A stretch of 37,489 bases of DNA from Candidatus Harrisonbacteria bacterium (GCA_016867415.1 VGJO01000003.1:1-37489), one strand, 5' to 3'; shown: positions 1 through 9,547, counted from the stretch's first letter. Program-made: numbers and translations. Notes: generated by a model from the sequence alone, not told the origin.

Positions 1-2597
1 TGCGCTCCGGTCTTGATCATTACTCCCCCGTCAAGCGTAGTCTTGCCCGTCGCCAATAAGGTCCCGCCCACCGAGACATTGCCCGAAAAGCTTCCGTCTT
101 TGGCATTCGTCAAATCCTTCCCGCCCAAATCTCCGTCAAAAGATCCCCCACCCCCTCCCGGCACAGCTTGCCATTCAAACCCGCTTCCCGTATAGACAAG
201 ATACTGATCGGCCGTCGGCGCATTGGCAGGAAAAGCTATCTGCCTATTTCCGATAATAATATTATTAGGCTGAATACTTTCAAAATTCCCCTCCTTCCAC
301 CTATTTGTCACCGAACCAATGTTATACAAAACATCCTGATCTGGAATAAGATCCGAAGCTATCCGTCCATTAAAAGTCACTTTGTCTACCTGATCACTCC
401 CAAGCGCCACATCTCCATTCAAAGTCGTCGCTCCGTCCACATTCAACGTTCCAGAAAAATTTCCATCCGGCCCACCTCCTCCGCCACCGGAAAGATCCAC
501 CTCCCCTCCATTGAGAAACAACTTACCTCCATCTATATTTATATCCCCTTTCACAGTAAGTGCCTTATCCGGAGCTTCAGTATTAACACCCACTTTCCCA
601 TCCGAAGTAATAAACAATCTCGTTTGAAGATTGGGTGCCGTCGTTCCCGTCTCAAATCCAATGCCAGTTGGCACACTTCCCGGCGCTGGATCCTTATCTA
701 CTTTAGCGTAAAAATTAGCACCAATTTGATACGGTGGCCGATTTGCTTCTGGATCATCTACTCCTTGAAAATCAAATTTACCCAAATAATCTCCTTTTTT
801 GACTGCTTTGATAGCATCCGCATTTCCTCTCCCCCGGCGAAAACTTATAAATGGCGATCGGTTTGCATCAATGTCGTTAAAGCGCCTCACTGACACTCCG
901 CCAAAATCTTTATTAGTTCTCCCTACCACATCAAGCATGGAAAATACTGGGTCATCAGTTCCAATTCCCACCGGTGCGTTAAAAAGACCTTTTCCCGTCA
1001 CATGCAAATCAGCGCTTGTGCCTGTATCCTCAATATAAAGAAGCTGATTATTAGGCACAGATTCCGAGGTTGGGTCCGATCCCTGCGCGTCAAAGAAGCT
1101 GAATCTCGTATTATCTCCCTTTCCAAAAACTATACCTGGCTCCGGAATATTGCCAAAAGATATTTTATTATTAGCATTATCAAATATAAGAGAATTCTCT
1201 CCGAATCGGACTACACCTTCTACAAAAAGATTTTTAAGTTGAACAAAATTTGCTACTACCACATCAAAGATTGCATCAAAAGGAGCTTCCGGAGTTCCTA
1301 GGGTTAGTCCTTGCGGATGCGCTGAGACTGCTTTTTGAAATTTTTCTGTGGTGCCAATTTTTTCAACGTCTCCTTTCCACGATGTAATCAATCTCATCTC
1401 AGGGGTGTTCTTAGATGTTAGATCTTTCACTTTCCTGCCAAAAAATCTTCCCATCCCTTGTAAAGAGCTATTGGTCGCGTCCGAAATTTTAGCCCCCCCC
1501 ACACTAATCTCAGGAAAGATTTTATATTTATCTAGCTGCTGGCCTTCTTTATAAAAAGCTAAACAGTATGCATCCCCGTCTACTCCAGAAACCTCCAAAG
1601 AAACATCCCACATCCCTACATTCCCGATAGTGATATCAGACACCCTATTCCACATATCATTTTTTTGTTGGAAAGTTTGCGGCCGCACTTCCTGCCCTTC
1701 AAATTTAGGATCCACCGCCGATGATACGAGATCATCCTCAATATTAAGACCCTTAACTCGAGAAAACTTTACCGGCTCTGCCGAATCAGGATCTCCTACC
1801 CGCTTGTATCTCATATTAGATGAGCAAGTCTGGCCGGAGTTTTTCTTTGCGTATCGTAACTCAAAAACCCCCTTCCCGAACCGCAACGGCTTTTCTTCCA
1901 CCAAAAGCCCCATTCTCAATCGAATAGGGATATTTTCTCCTTCTCTGTTTTTAGGCACTGGTGCCGGCTTATTTTCTCCAGCCAGCGGATGGACTACAAT
2001 TAGCCCATTATTAGGAAAATAAGATCGATAACCTTCCTGAGTTATTATTGTTCGAGCAAGAGCGGTATTAGGTGCCACAATCGTACTGCTATATGATGAC
2101 GCTCCCGATGACGCTTCTACCGTAGTAAAACTCCACGTCCCAGATCCGGCGATTCCACCATGAGGAGTGTGCACCCCCTGAGATATTAAGCCAGACATGA
2201 TTTCCACGTAGTAAGTCGCAGAAGAACTTTGAAGGACGTCAGGGGGAGGGGTCAATACTAATGTATCTCCACTGAATGATGCTGGAACTATTGGGGGATT
2301 ACTTCCCGGAGTATTTGTTCCATCTGTTGAAAAACAGAGTACCGTTTCACCATTTGTTGCTTTTTTTATAGTAATAAAACATGATCCTGAAACCCCAGGC
2401 ACAATACCAGTGACATCAGTAATAAGGTTTAGTGACGCCGGCGTCCCGTTTGTAATTGAGAGAGTACCACCATTCGCAGGATTTAAAGATACAGTCTCTA
2501 TTATATTATTTGCATCATCCGCCCGTAGCTCTGAAAAGACAAAAAAAACACCAAAAAAATTAACTAGAATAAAAAAACTCAATAGAAATCGATTCAT
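1..2597 (-). CDS. Large secreted/surface protein, partial (runs off window start); N-terminal Ig-like domain and tail-fibre-like motifs
   Basis: Missing from the ORF track because there is no stop in the window. Manual translation from ATG 2597 stays open to base 3 (865 codons). Signal-peptide-like start MNRFLLSFFILVNFFGVFFVFSELRA. Ig-like (Big_5-type) signature TYYVEIMSG...GGIAGSGTWSFTT. Fibre-like motifs VGIGTDDP..LDVVG and GKVGVNTEAPDKALTVKGDI, with Gly-rich linkers. Confidence 0.8.
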   Translation of the reverse strand, partial: MNRFLLSFFILVNFFGVFFVFSELRADDANNIIETVSLNPANGGTLSITNGTPASLNLITDVTGIVPGVSGSCFITIKKATNGETVLCFSTDGTNTPGSNPPIVPASFSGDTLVLTPPPDVLQSSSATYYVEIMSGLISQGVHTPHGGIAGSGTWSFTTVEASSGASSYSSTIVAPNTALARTIITQEGYRSYFPNNGLIVVHPLAGENKPAPVPKNREGENIPIRLRMGLLVEEKPLRFGKGVFELRYAKKNSGQTCSSNMRYKRVGDPDSAEPVKFSRVKGLNIEDDLVSSAVDPKFEGQEVRPQTFQQKNDMWNRVSDITIGNVGMWDVSLEVSGVDGDAYCLAFYKEGQQLDKYKIFPEISVGGAKISDATNSSLQGMGRFFGRKVKDLTSKNTPEMRLITSWKGDVEKIGTTEKFQKAVSAHPQGLTLGTPEAPFDAIFDVVVANFVQLKNLFVEGVVRFGENSLIFDNANNKISFGNIPEPGIVFGKGDNTRFSFFDAQGSDPTSESVPNNQLLYIEDTGTSADLHVTGKGLFNAPVGIGTDDPVFSMLDVVGRTNKDFGGVSVRRFNDIDANRSPFISFRRGRGNADAIKAVKKGDYLGKFDFQGVDDPEANRPPYQIGANFYAKVDKDPAPGSVPTGIGFETGTTAPNLQTRLFITSDGKVGVNTEAPDKALTVKGDINIDGGKLFLNGGEVDLSGGGGGGPDGNFSGTLNVDGATTLNGDVALGSDQVDKVTFNGRIASDLIPDQDVLYNIGSVTNRWKEGNFESIQPNNIIIGNRQIAFPANAPTADQYLVYTGSGFEWQAVPGGGGGSFDGDLGGKDLTNAKDGSFSGNVSVGGTLLATGKTTLDGGVMIKTGA

Positions 2598-2667
2598 GAA
2601 TATCGTAAGAAAATTTTAACATTTTTCGATACTTGATATCTGTGGAAAACCAATGATTCCAAAGCAT

Positions 2668-2708
2668 AAAAAATCGCCCTGCACCATACGGTGCAGAGCG
2701 ATTTTTTT
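2668..2708. terminator. Intrinsic terminator, bidirectional form
   Basis: AAAAAATCGCCCTGCACC-ATAC-GGTGCAGAGCGATTTTTTT hairpin just after the stop of 2724..3185(-). Confidence 0.75.
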
Positions 2709-2723
2709 GATATTTCTGTCTAT

Positions 2724-3185
2724 TTATTGCTTCTTAGGAGAAGGCTCTGGAGTCGGCGTTGTTTTTGCTTCTTGCCCTTGTGACTGCTGTCCTTGCGGCG
2801 CCGAAACAATTGGACCTACATTCACCAACTTATTTTTAGAAGGACTGTAAATTACTGCTTTTTGAGACTTGGGAAATACCAAGACCTTATCCCCGTTTTC
2901 AACCATTGCGTAAAATGGCTGCTCCGCCTTAAGTTTTTCCGCATCTGTCACCGTTGCCAAGATCGGCTCATCCCCTTCGGGCAAAACCATCAGCTTTCCA
3001 ACTTTCACCACTGCATCCGCCAATTCTTGCTTAGCTTCTTCTGAGTTTTGAGCTGGAGAGATGCTGGTATTTCTAACACTATAAACCCAATATGCTCCCC
3101 CACCTACAAGGATCGCGAGAATTGCCAGAGAAACAATCATACTTCCTCCCGCCGCTCCTCTTCTAATTGTAATGTTTTTATTCAT
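2724..3185 (-). CDS. Hypothetical single-TM membrane protein
   Basis: 153 aa; N-terminal hydrophobic helix, then a globular region LMVLPEGDEPILATVTDAEKLK...ENGDKVLVF; followed by a terminator. Confidence 0.8.
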   Translation of the reverse strand: MNKNITIRRGAAGGSMIVSLAILAILVGGGAYWVYSVRNTSISPAQNSEEAKQELADAVVKVGKLMVLPEGDEPILATVTDAEKLKAEQPFYAMVENGDKVLVFPKSQKAVIYSPSKNKLVNVGPIVSAPQGQQSQGQEAKTTPTPEPSPKKQ

Positions 3186-3284
3186 ATGTATTCGAATAAT
3201 ATGTGAATTCGTAATACACCTAATTCTAATCGTTTGGAAATCACTGTCAAACTTTAATGGTATGAGAGAAAAATACTTTTCTAT

Positions 3285-4556
3285 TTAAATAAGCTTTTCC
3301 AGTATTCTTACAAAAATTTCATGAGACGTAGCCAAGACTAAATTACCATTCACAATTCCGTAATCAAAAGCATTTTTTCCATCGGGAAAATGAGCCGATC
3401 GGATCATATATTTCCCTTTAAAGAGCTCCGGGTGAAACTCCTCTGAAGATCCTAATGGTGTAGTGAAAAAGAGATCTTTAAAAAAATCTTTTTCAAATTC
3501 TTCTAAAACTTCTGGGTTAAAATCATCCTTCACCTGCTTCAGTACGTACCCCACACTCGCTAATTCCCCATCTGATTGCAAAAAAACTCTCAATGACGAA
3601 TCAAAAGAATCACGGAGAGAGGACATTAACTTACTCCCCTGAAAACCTTTTATGAGATTTGCCAGTTGATCCGTTGCTAGAAATTCCTTAGGTAAGGCAA
3701 GCTCAAGAAAAGCTGGTTTTTTAGTAGCTAACAAAATCCGAACTTGATCAGAAAGAAGAGAAGGAAGAGATGGTGAAGAAGAAACTGGTAACACTCTATT
3801 TTCAGAAGAAAATAAACTGTCTTTTTTTAAAGAAAAATTCGGAGCCGCTGAAGAAAGAGGAGGAAGAGCTTTAGAAAACCAAAATCTGCTTGCTATTCCC
3901 ATGAGTCCAAGAGCAGAAATAAGCACTAAAATCCACCATCCCACTGGATTACTTTGAGAAAAAGGAGTAGCCCTTGGTGATACCTCCTCTGAAGATTCCG
4001 CCTCTTCTTCGAAATTATATGGGATGCTTCCATAAGAATTATTCTCTATATACTTTTCCTCTTTATCTTTTACATTAAGATATCTACCATCAATTTCTTC
4101 TTCTTTTGTATCAGTAGGTGTCTGACCTCTATCCCCTATCACTCCCAAAGAACTTCCTAATTGAGTAAATAAATTCTGTGCTTTGGATACAATGTATTCT
4201 CCCACCTGGCCAAAGATAGCCAAGATTTGACCGCCACTTTCAGACTCTCTTCCTACTATCACCGTCCCGCCTCCTCCGCCTCCACCTCCTGAAGATCCAG
4301 AAGACTGTGTTACCGCCGCTCTTGGTGACGGACTGCTTTCCACCGAAAAACCGCTTCCCGAAAACGACCCTACTATCGGATCTCCGGAGGGTGTCACCGA
4401 AAAATTGCTTCCTGTTGTAAGAGTAGCGATTGGGGTTATTTTTGTCTGCGTGACCGTATACTCCCCACCCGGCGAAGTGAGTGTCTGCGCTTTAGTGTAT
4501 AAAAAAAACAGAGAGGTAAAAGAAAAAGAAAATATAAAAATAAATAAAAGCCGCAC
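3285..4556 (-). CDS. Hypothetical secreted/membrane protein
   Basis: 423 aa, GTG start; signal peptide, Ser/Gly linker (SSGSSGGGGGGGG), internal TM helix (WWILVLISALGLMGIA). Confidence 0.75.
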   Translation of the reverse strand: MRLLFIFIFSFSFTSLFFLYTKAQTLTSPGGEYTVTQTKITPIATLTTGSNFSVTPSGDPIVGSFSGSGFSVESSPSPRAAVTQSSGSSGGGGGGGGTVIVGRESESGGQILAIFGQVGEYIVSKAQNLFTQLGSSLGVIGDRGQTPTDTKEEEIDGRYLNVKDKEEKYIENNSYGSIPYNFEEEAESSEEVSPRATPFSQSNPVGWWILVLISALGLMGIASRFWFSKALPPLSSAAPNFSLKKDSLFSSENRVLPVSSSPSLPSLLSDQVRILLATKKPAFLELALPKEFLATDQLANLIKGFQGSKLMSSLRDSFDSSLRVFLQSDGELASVGYVLKQVKDDFNPEVLEEFEKDFFKDLFFTTPLGSSEEFHPELFKGKYMIRSAHFPDGKNAFDYGIVNGNLVLATSHEIFVRILEKLI

Positions 4557-4599
4557 AAAATAAGTATAATCCCTTCTCTAAAAATCCTAAAATCCCCAG

Positions 4600-4636
4600 A
4601 AAAAAACCTCGTCACTTTTTGACGAGGCTTTTTTTT
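4600..4636. terminator. Intrinsic terminator
   Basis: A-run, CCTCGTCA-CTTTT-TGACGAGG, T-run; downstream of the DUF1559 gene. Confidence 0.7.
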
Positions 4637-4651
4637 CTCCGAAAAAAACTA

Positions 4652-5572
4652 CTAATACTCTCCTATCACCTGCTTATCGTCTTTCTGAGCCAAAAGCTGA
4701 TAGGTAAGGTATGAAGTTGAATCCGGCGCGCTTGCTATTACTTGATTAATAAATCTCACTTTCCCATCACAGAAAAGCGCAAATGCTCCGCCACTATGCT
4801 CGGAGGAAAAACCCAGATGATCTCGATAATCCCGACTATTGAGCGTTACTCCTCCAGTACATTCTCCTACATTGTCATAGTTTGGATGAGGAATTCCCGG
4901 CGAGTAAGATCCCATGGTCCGCTGACAGCACCAATTCCCTGCATTCGGCTGCTGCCATCTACCCATGTTATCCAAGTTCGGTTGAGTAGTAATCTCATAC
5001 CGGCGTTCGAGAAAGAGGAAAGTTTGACTCGTCCCGTCTCGGATAGAAGCAAGACCGATCGAACTATTCTGGTCAAAGATTCCAGAAAAAGGTGTCGGAG
5101 ACGCTCCAGTTCTCTGCGCTCCTCTATTCCCCAAATACGTCGTCATTCCATAGCCTCCTCGCCAAAGATTGGGATGAATTGAAGTATCCGACGGACAGAG
5201 AAACGCCGGGATCTTTGTCTGAAGAAGCACCACTACTGCTGGTGTCGTTGGCACCACCGAATTACTAATTGGTAATTTTTGATAAAGTCCCGCCTGATCC
5301 ATCTGCGGCAAGATCGCCCGCAAAATTCCCCATCGCCTATTATTCGTGGCTGGCGAGACTGCGTTTGATCCTACCCATCCCGGCGGAAACACCTTATTGC
5401 TATCCAGGTAGTTATGAAGAGCGAGACCGATCTGCTTTAGATTGCTCTGGCACTGCACCCGTCTCGCTGATTCTCTCGCCGCCTGCACCGCCGGCAAAAG
5501 AAGCGCGATAAGAACGGCAATAATAGCAATCACCACTAGAAGTTCAATGAGCGTAAATCCTTTCCGAGTCAT
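4652..5572 (-). CDS. DUF1559-family prepilin-type N-terminal cleavage/methylation protein with H-X9-DG motif
   Basis: MTRKG|FTLIELLVVIAIIAVLIALLLPAVQAARESARRVQCQSNLKQIGLALHNY...FPPG, FLCPSD, IRDGTSQTF, HSGGAFALFCDGKVRFI. ATG 5572 preferred over TTG 5587. Confidence 0.93.
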   Translation of the reverse strand: MTRKGFTLIELLVVIAIIAVLIALLLPAVQAARESARRVQCQSNLKQIGLALHNYLDSNKVFPPGWVGSNAVSPATNNRRWGILRAILPQMDQAGLYQKLPISNSVVPTTPAVVVLLQTKIPAFLCPSDTSIHPNLWRGGYGMTTYLGNRGAQRTGASPTPFSGIFDQNSSIGLASIRDGTSQTFLFLERRYEITTQPNLDNMGRWQQPNAGNWCCQRTMGSYSPGIPHPNYDNVGECTGGVTLNSRDYRDHLGFSSEHSGGAFALFCDGKVRFINQVIASAPDSTSYLTYQLLAQKDDKQVIGEY

Positions 5573-5804
5573 GGAAAGCCCCTTCAATTAGAGAAAAAAG
5601 AATCGTAAATGTTCTAAAAAAATTCTAACAATGAAAAAGAAGGCTGTGGAAAACTAAATAATTTCTAAAAATAAATTCCTTTTTTAAGAAGAGATTTCTA
5701 GCTAAGCACCTTCACTTTCCCCTCCTAAATTATTCTCAATAATATTCTCCCCATTTAAGCTTCGATTAAAAATATCCGAGGCAACTTCTTCGGTAAATCT
5801 GGAA

Positions 5805-5878
5805 TGGTGGACTTAGCGAGAATCGAACTCGCGTCTCCGCAATGCGAATGCGGCACACTACCACTGTGCGATAAGCCC
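5805..5878 (-). tRNA. tRNA-Ala(CGC), CCA encoded
   Basis: GGGCTTA...TAAGTCC-A-CCA acceptor stem with G3:U70; anticodon arm CCGCA-TTCGCAT-TGCGG; T-loop TTCGATT. Confidence 0.96.
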
Positions 5879-5933
5879 AAAAAAACATCCTTAAAATACC
5901 AAAAAAGCCCTAGAAGGGCAACAAGAAAATATC

Positions 5934-6125
5934 TTATTGACTACTAGTGCCATCCGCTCCCCCTCCTAATTCATAGTCGTACAAATCTTTCGGTGTCTCT
6001 GGACTCTGGATATCAGTCACTACATTTTTCAAATCAGCCGGCAAACTTGGTTGTTCCTTGTAAATTAATAATCCAAAAATTCCTGCCAAGACCAACGCAA
6101 AAAGAAACCACTGTATCTCTCTCAT
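5934..6125 (-). CDS. Small single-TM hypothetical protein
   Basis: 63 aa, ATG start, hydrophobic N-terminus WFLFALVLAGIFGLLIY, acidic tail. Confidence 0.6.
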   Translation of the reverse strand: MREIQWFLFALVLAGIFGLLIYKEQPSLPADLKNVVTDIQSPETPKDLYDYELGGGADGTSSQ

Positions 6126-6805
6126 ATAAAATAGTGTAAAAAATTATTTAATTTTTATTAAATAAAATATTATTTTTAGCAATAAAAGTTCTTAGAAAGA
6201 ACATAACCTAAAAAAATAAAAAAAGAAAGGGGAAATATCATACTTCATAAATTGAGTATTCTAGTTTTCATCCTAACTATTTACGATTTTTTCTTGAAGG
6301 AGATCATAGTGTATGCAACTCATGAAAAAATTATGAAGAAATTTCAAATTTTCCAAAACTCAAATAAAAAATTCTTGAAATAAGGATTAAGTACCTAAAA
6401 GAGAATATGATAAAACAAAGATCTTTTCCAAAGATGATAAAATTAAGCTTCTGACATCCTGCAAAAAGAATGTGAAAGAATTTTTGAAAAAAACTTTAAA
6501 AAAATCATGATCACAAAAGGCTATTTTAAGCCTCCTGTTCTGAGAAATTTAAAAAAAGGAAAAGCACCACAAACTCTTTTTTTCAAAAAATCCCGAACAA
6601 AAGAAAAAGCAAAAACCTTCAGTCCAAAAGAGCTAAGTGATCTTGGTGAGATTCCATTGGTTCTAACAAGGTCGTGATTAACCTTTAAGAATAAAAAAAA
6701 TAAAATCACAAGCAAACCTCATTCTGGGTAGAGATAATCTGGATTTTTGTAATTACTGATATAAAAAATTGAATAAAAAACAGCTTTTATAAAATAAAAA
6801 TCCAG

Positions 6806-6876
6806 TCGGGGTAGTCGGAATCGAACCGACACTACAGACACCCGAAGCCTGCGTACTACCACTATACTATACCCCG
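6806..6876 (-). tRNA. tRNA-Pro(CGG), CCA not encoded
   Basis: CGGGGTA...TACCCCG-A; anticodon arm CAGGC-TTCGGGT-GTCTG; T arm GTCGG-TTCGATT-CCGAC; followed by CTG rather than CCA. Confidence 0.95.
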
Positions 6877-6946
6877 AAAAACAAGATTATTAAACAATAA
6901 AAATAAGCTTTTTTCAAATTCTACTCTGCCAGTTTCCTCTTCTCTT

Positions 6947-8416
6947 TTATTTCACAAAAAATTTCTTCCTCGTTTCCCGATCCCGTTCTTCAGTCAGATC
7001 TCCTTTATGTTCTTTCGCCTTTTTAGCTCGCGCCATAAGCTCCTCATCCGTCTCTGTTTGTATTTCTTTTGCCCTCCCTAATAAATACTCCGCTTCATTT
7101 CGCTTTGGATCATCCAAGACCTCATCCAAAAGCGCCGAAAGAATCCATCCTAATCTCGGCCCCGCCTCCATCGTAAGTTCCTTCATCAGCATCGTTCCAT
7201 CCACTTTGAGCATCTTTGGTTCAATCGGATCCTGCTTCACTTTCTCGATCATGTAGAGCAAATGTCGCAATTTATATGGCACTGCCTTTGGCACTCCGCT
7301 CCCAATCCGATCTGCTTCTCTGAGATGCAAAAGATCATCAATATTTTCTGCTCCCACTTTTTTCATAAATCGCCTCACCCCCGCCTCCGATACCTCCCCA
7401 GTGTTGTAATAAAACATATGATGCCGCACCAAATGCGCTACCATGTCCACCACTTTTTTAGAAAACTTAAGCCGAGTCAGCGCCGTCTTTACCATCCGCT
7501 CCCCCACCACCTCATGGTTATAAAAAGTACTCTCCTCTCCCTCTCCTCGCTTCGTCCGTGGCTTCCCAATATCGTGAAAAAGCGCGGCCAGTCGCACCTC
7601 AAGACTAAAATTATTTTCCGCCGCGTATTGCAAGACCCGCAAAGTATGCTCATACACGTCATAAATATGATGTTTGTTTTGCCCGCATCCCACCGTCTCT
7701 AAAAGTTCCGGCAAAACATATTTAATAAGTCGAGTCTCAGTGAGCGCCCGTATTCCGTATGGCGCCGCCTCCGCCATAATAATCCGAATAAATTCATCTC
7801 GGATCCGCTCAGCCGCCACTTCCTTCAGCTTCTCCACCATCCGCCGCATTGCCGACAAAGTCTTCGACTCGATAAGAAATTGCAATTCGGTCATCAATCG
7901 CACTCCCCGCAAAAGTCGCAAAGCATCCTCATTAAATCGCTCTTCCGCGTCCCCCACGGTCCGAATCACCTTCGCTTCCAAATCAGTCATTCCCTGATAC
8001 GGATCTATCACCTCTCCTTTTGGTGACAAAGCAATCGCATTGATAGTAAAATCCCGCCGTGCCAAATCCTCTTCAATATTTTTGACAAACTCCACAGTAT
8101 CCGGACGCCGACTATCGCTATAACCACTCTCTCGCCGATAGGTAGTCACTTCCACTATTTGCCATCGAGGATCCTCTGCTCCGGTTTTCACTCCCACCGT
8201 CCCATACTGATTTTCATAAAAACTTTCGGGAAAAAGCTCCTGAATCTTCTCCGGCGTTGCATTCGTCGTCACATCCCAATCCCGTGGCTCAAGCTCAAGC
8301 AAAAGATCTCGCACACACCCACCCACAAGATAGCCCTCATACCCGGCCTCAATAAGAGTGATAGCTATGGCGAGTACCTCCTTCGGCACTTTTTCTAATA
8401 AGACTTTTCCCGGCAT
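6947..8416 (-). CDS. cca: Class II tRNA nucleotidyltransferase (CCA-adding/poly(A) polymerase family) with HD domain
   Basis: LVGGCVRDLLL, DWD catalytic motif, EDLARRDFTINAIA, RFNEDALRLLR, HD motif ALFHDIGKP. Confidence 0.9.
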   Translation of the reverse strand: MPGKVLLEKVPKEVLAIAITLIEAGYEGYLVGGCVRDLLLELEPRDWDVTTNATPEKIQELFPESFYENQYGTVGVKTGAEDPRWQIVEVTTYRRESGYSDSRRPDTVEFVKNIEEDLARRDFTINAIALSPKGEVIDPYQGMTDLEAKVIRTVGDAEERFNEDALRLLRGVRLMTELQFLIESKTLSAMRRMVEKLKEVAAERIRDEFIRIIMAEAAPYGIRALTETRLIKYVLPELLETVGCGQNKHHIYDVYEHTLRVLQYAAENNFSLEVRLAALFHDIGKPRTKRGEGEESTFYNHEVVGERMVKTALTRLKFSKKVVDMVAHLVRHHMFYYNTGEVSEAGVRRFMKKVGAENIDDLLHLREADRIGSGVPKAVPYKLRHLLYMIEKVKQDPIEPKMLKVDGTMLMKELTMEAGPRLGWILSALLDEVLDDPKRNEAEYLLGRAKEIQTETDEELMARAKKAKEHKGDLTEERDRETRKKFFVK

Positions 8417-8452
8417 TGCTTTTAATAATAGGCTATTTATCTATTTTTTAGA

Positions 8453-8485
8453 ATAAAAAAGCTGGTCTTACGAATAAGACCAGCT
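8453..8485 (-). terminator. Intrinsic terminator
   Basis: Minus strand AGCTGGTCTTA-TTCG-TAAGACCAGCT followed by a T-run. Confidence 0.8.
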
Positions 8486-8508
8486 GGAGATAAAATATGT
8501 TTTTTCAA

Positions 8509-8652
8509 TCAACTACGCCACCGCCTAAGTCCCGGCAGTTGTAGTACCATGAGGATCATTGTGTATCCCATGATCATCCCCCACGCCGCGATCGCATGCC
8601 AATAAAACTTCGATTTTTCCTTCACAAAAAACACCGCAAGATCCAGCTGCAT
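8509..8652 (-). CDS. 47-aa small membrane protein (below ORF-track cutoff)
   Basis: MQLDLAVFFVKEKSKFYWHAIAAWGMIMGYTMILMVLQLPGLRRWRS; SD-like GGGAGAGG before the ATG; terminator 23 nt after the stop. Confidence 0.6.
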   Translation of the reverse strand: MQLDLAVFFVKEKSKFYWHAIAAWGMIMGYTMILMVLQLPGLRRWRS

Positions 8653-9134
8653 GATTCCTCTCCCAAAAAAGAGCTTCTTATCCTTTCACTTTATCAAAAA
8701 CTTACACTGCCGTAAAGTTATAGTCCCAAATGCATATTTCTCACTTTTCATTCAAAATAAGCTCTTTTTTCTCCCTATCTTTCCCACTTTTTTATTGCCT
8801 CTAGAAAAGGAAAAAAGGAAGAGCTTTCATCACTGAACTAAGATTCTGCAATCCAAGATTTACCTAATTGAGGTAAAATAAAATTCTTAATTCCTTTCTC
8901 TCTCTAATTTCCAAATACTAACTACTAATTACTGAATCATGCGCTATATATAGTACATAGCTTTTCTATCCCTCTCTTTCTTAGTATAAAAAATATTTTG
9001 AATACATAGAGGAATAATAGAAAATTTGTGCATTCAGGATAAATGGCATCTGATTACAGATGCACGAAGAAATTTATACTGGAGATATTGCGACCCCTCC
9101 TAGGGTGACTATCTATTAATGCACCTCTTCGAGG

Positions 9135-9207
9135 TGCATCCAGTAGGGATCGAACCTACGACCGTCTCCTTAAGAGGGAGCTGCTCTACCGGCTGAGCTA
9201 TGGATGC
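9135..9207 (-). tRNA. tRNA-Lys(CTT), only CC of CCA encoded
   Basis: GCATCCA...TGGATGC-A-CC; anticodon loop CTCTTAA in a CTCC/GGAG stem; T arm GTAGG-TTCGATC-CCTAC. Confidence 0.95.
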
Positions 9208-9253
9208 GAAAGAAATGTCTTTCTATAATACACTTTTTACACGTTTTGACAAG

Positions 9254-9293
9254 AAAAAATAAACACCCAATAAATACTGGGTGTTTATTTTTT
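9254..9293. terminator. Intrinsic terminator, bidirectional form
   Basis: AAAAAATAAACACCCA-ATAAATAC-TGGGTGTTTATTTTTT. Confidence 0.8.
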
Positions 9294-9309
9294 GAAACCT
9301 AAAAAAAGA

Positions 9310-9366
9310 CTATCTCTTCTTTTTCTTAGCGGTCTTCTTCTTGGTCGTTTTCTTCTTTGCTGCCAT
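9310..9366 (-). CDS. Lysine-rich mini-protein MAAKKKTTKKKTAKKKKR (18 aa; in-frame upstream ATG 9423 would give 37 aa)
   Basis: Manual translation; histone-H1-like composition; strong terminator 16 nt after the stop. Confidence 0.55.
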   Translation of the reverse strand: MAAKKKTTKKKTAKKKKR

Positions 9367-9547
9367 GAGTTTATTTTTTTGGTCCATCAAGTTCTCGACC
9401 TTGACTTTCTTATTCTCGCACATGAACACCTTTGGTCAATTGTGGATAAGATTTTTCCTCCAAAAAATAATTTTCTACAAATCCCAAAAAAGAAAAAATT
9501 ATTTAAAAAGAAATAAACTCTATAACAAAGACTCAACAATACAAGAT

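Noticed and set aside
13-2619. Several plus-strand ORFs (168..893, 1630..2022 and others)
   Set aside because: Antisense shadows of the long minus-strand gene 1..2597.
6130-6800. Possible small ORFs in an AT-rich gap (6507..6677 +, 6521..6715 -)
   Set aside because: Short, low complexity, no recognisable motif or clear SD; cannot be supported.
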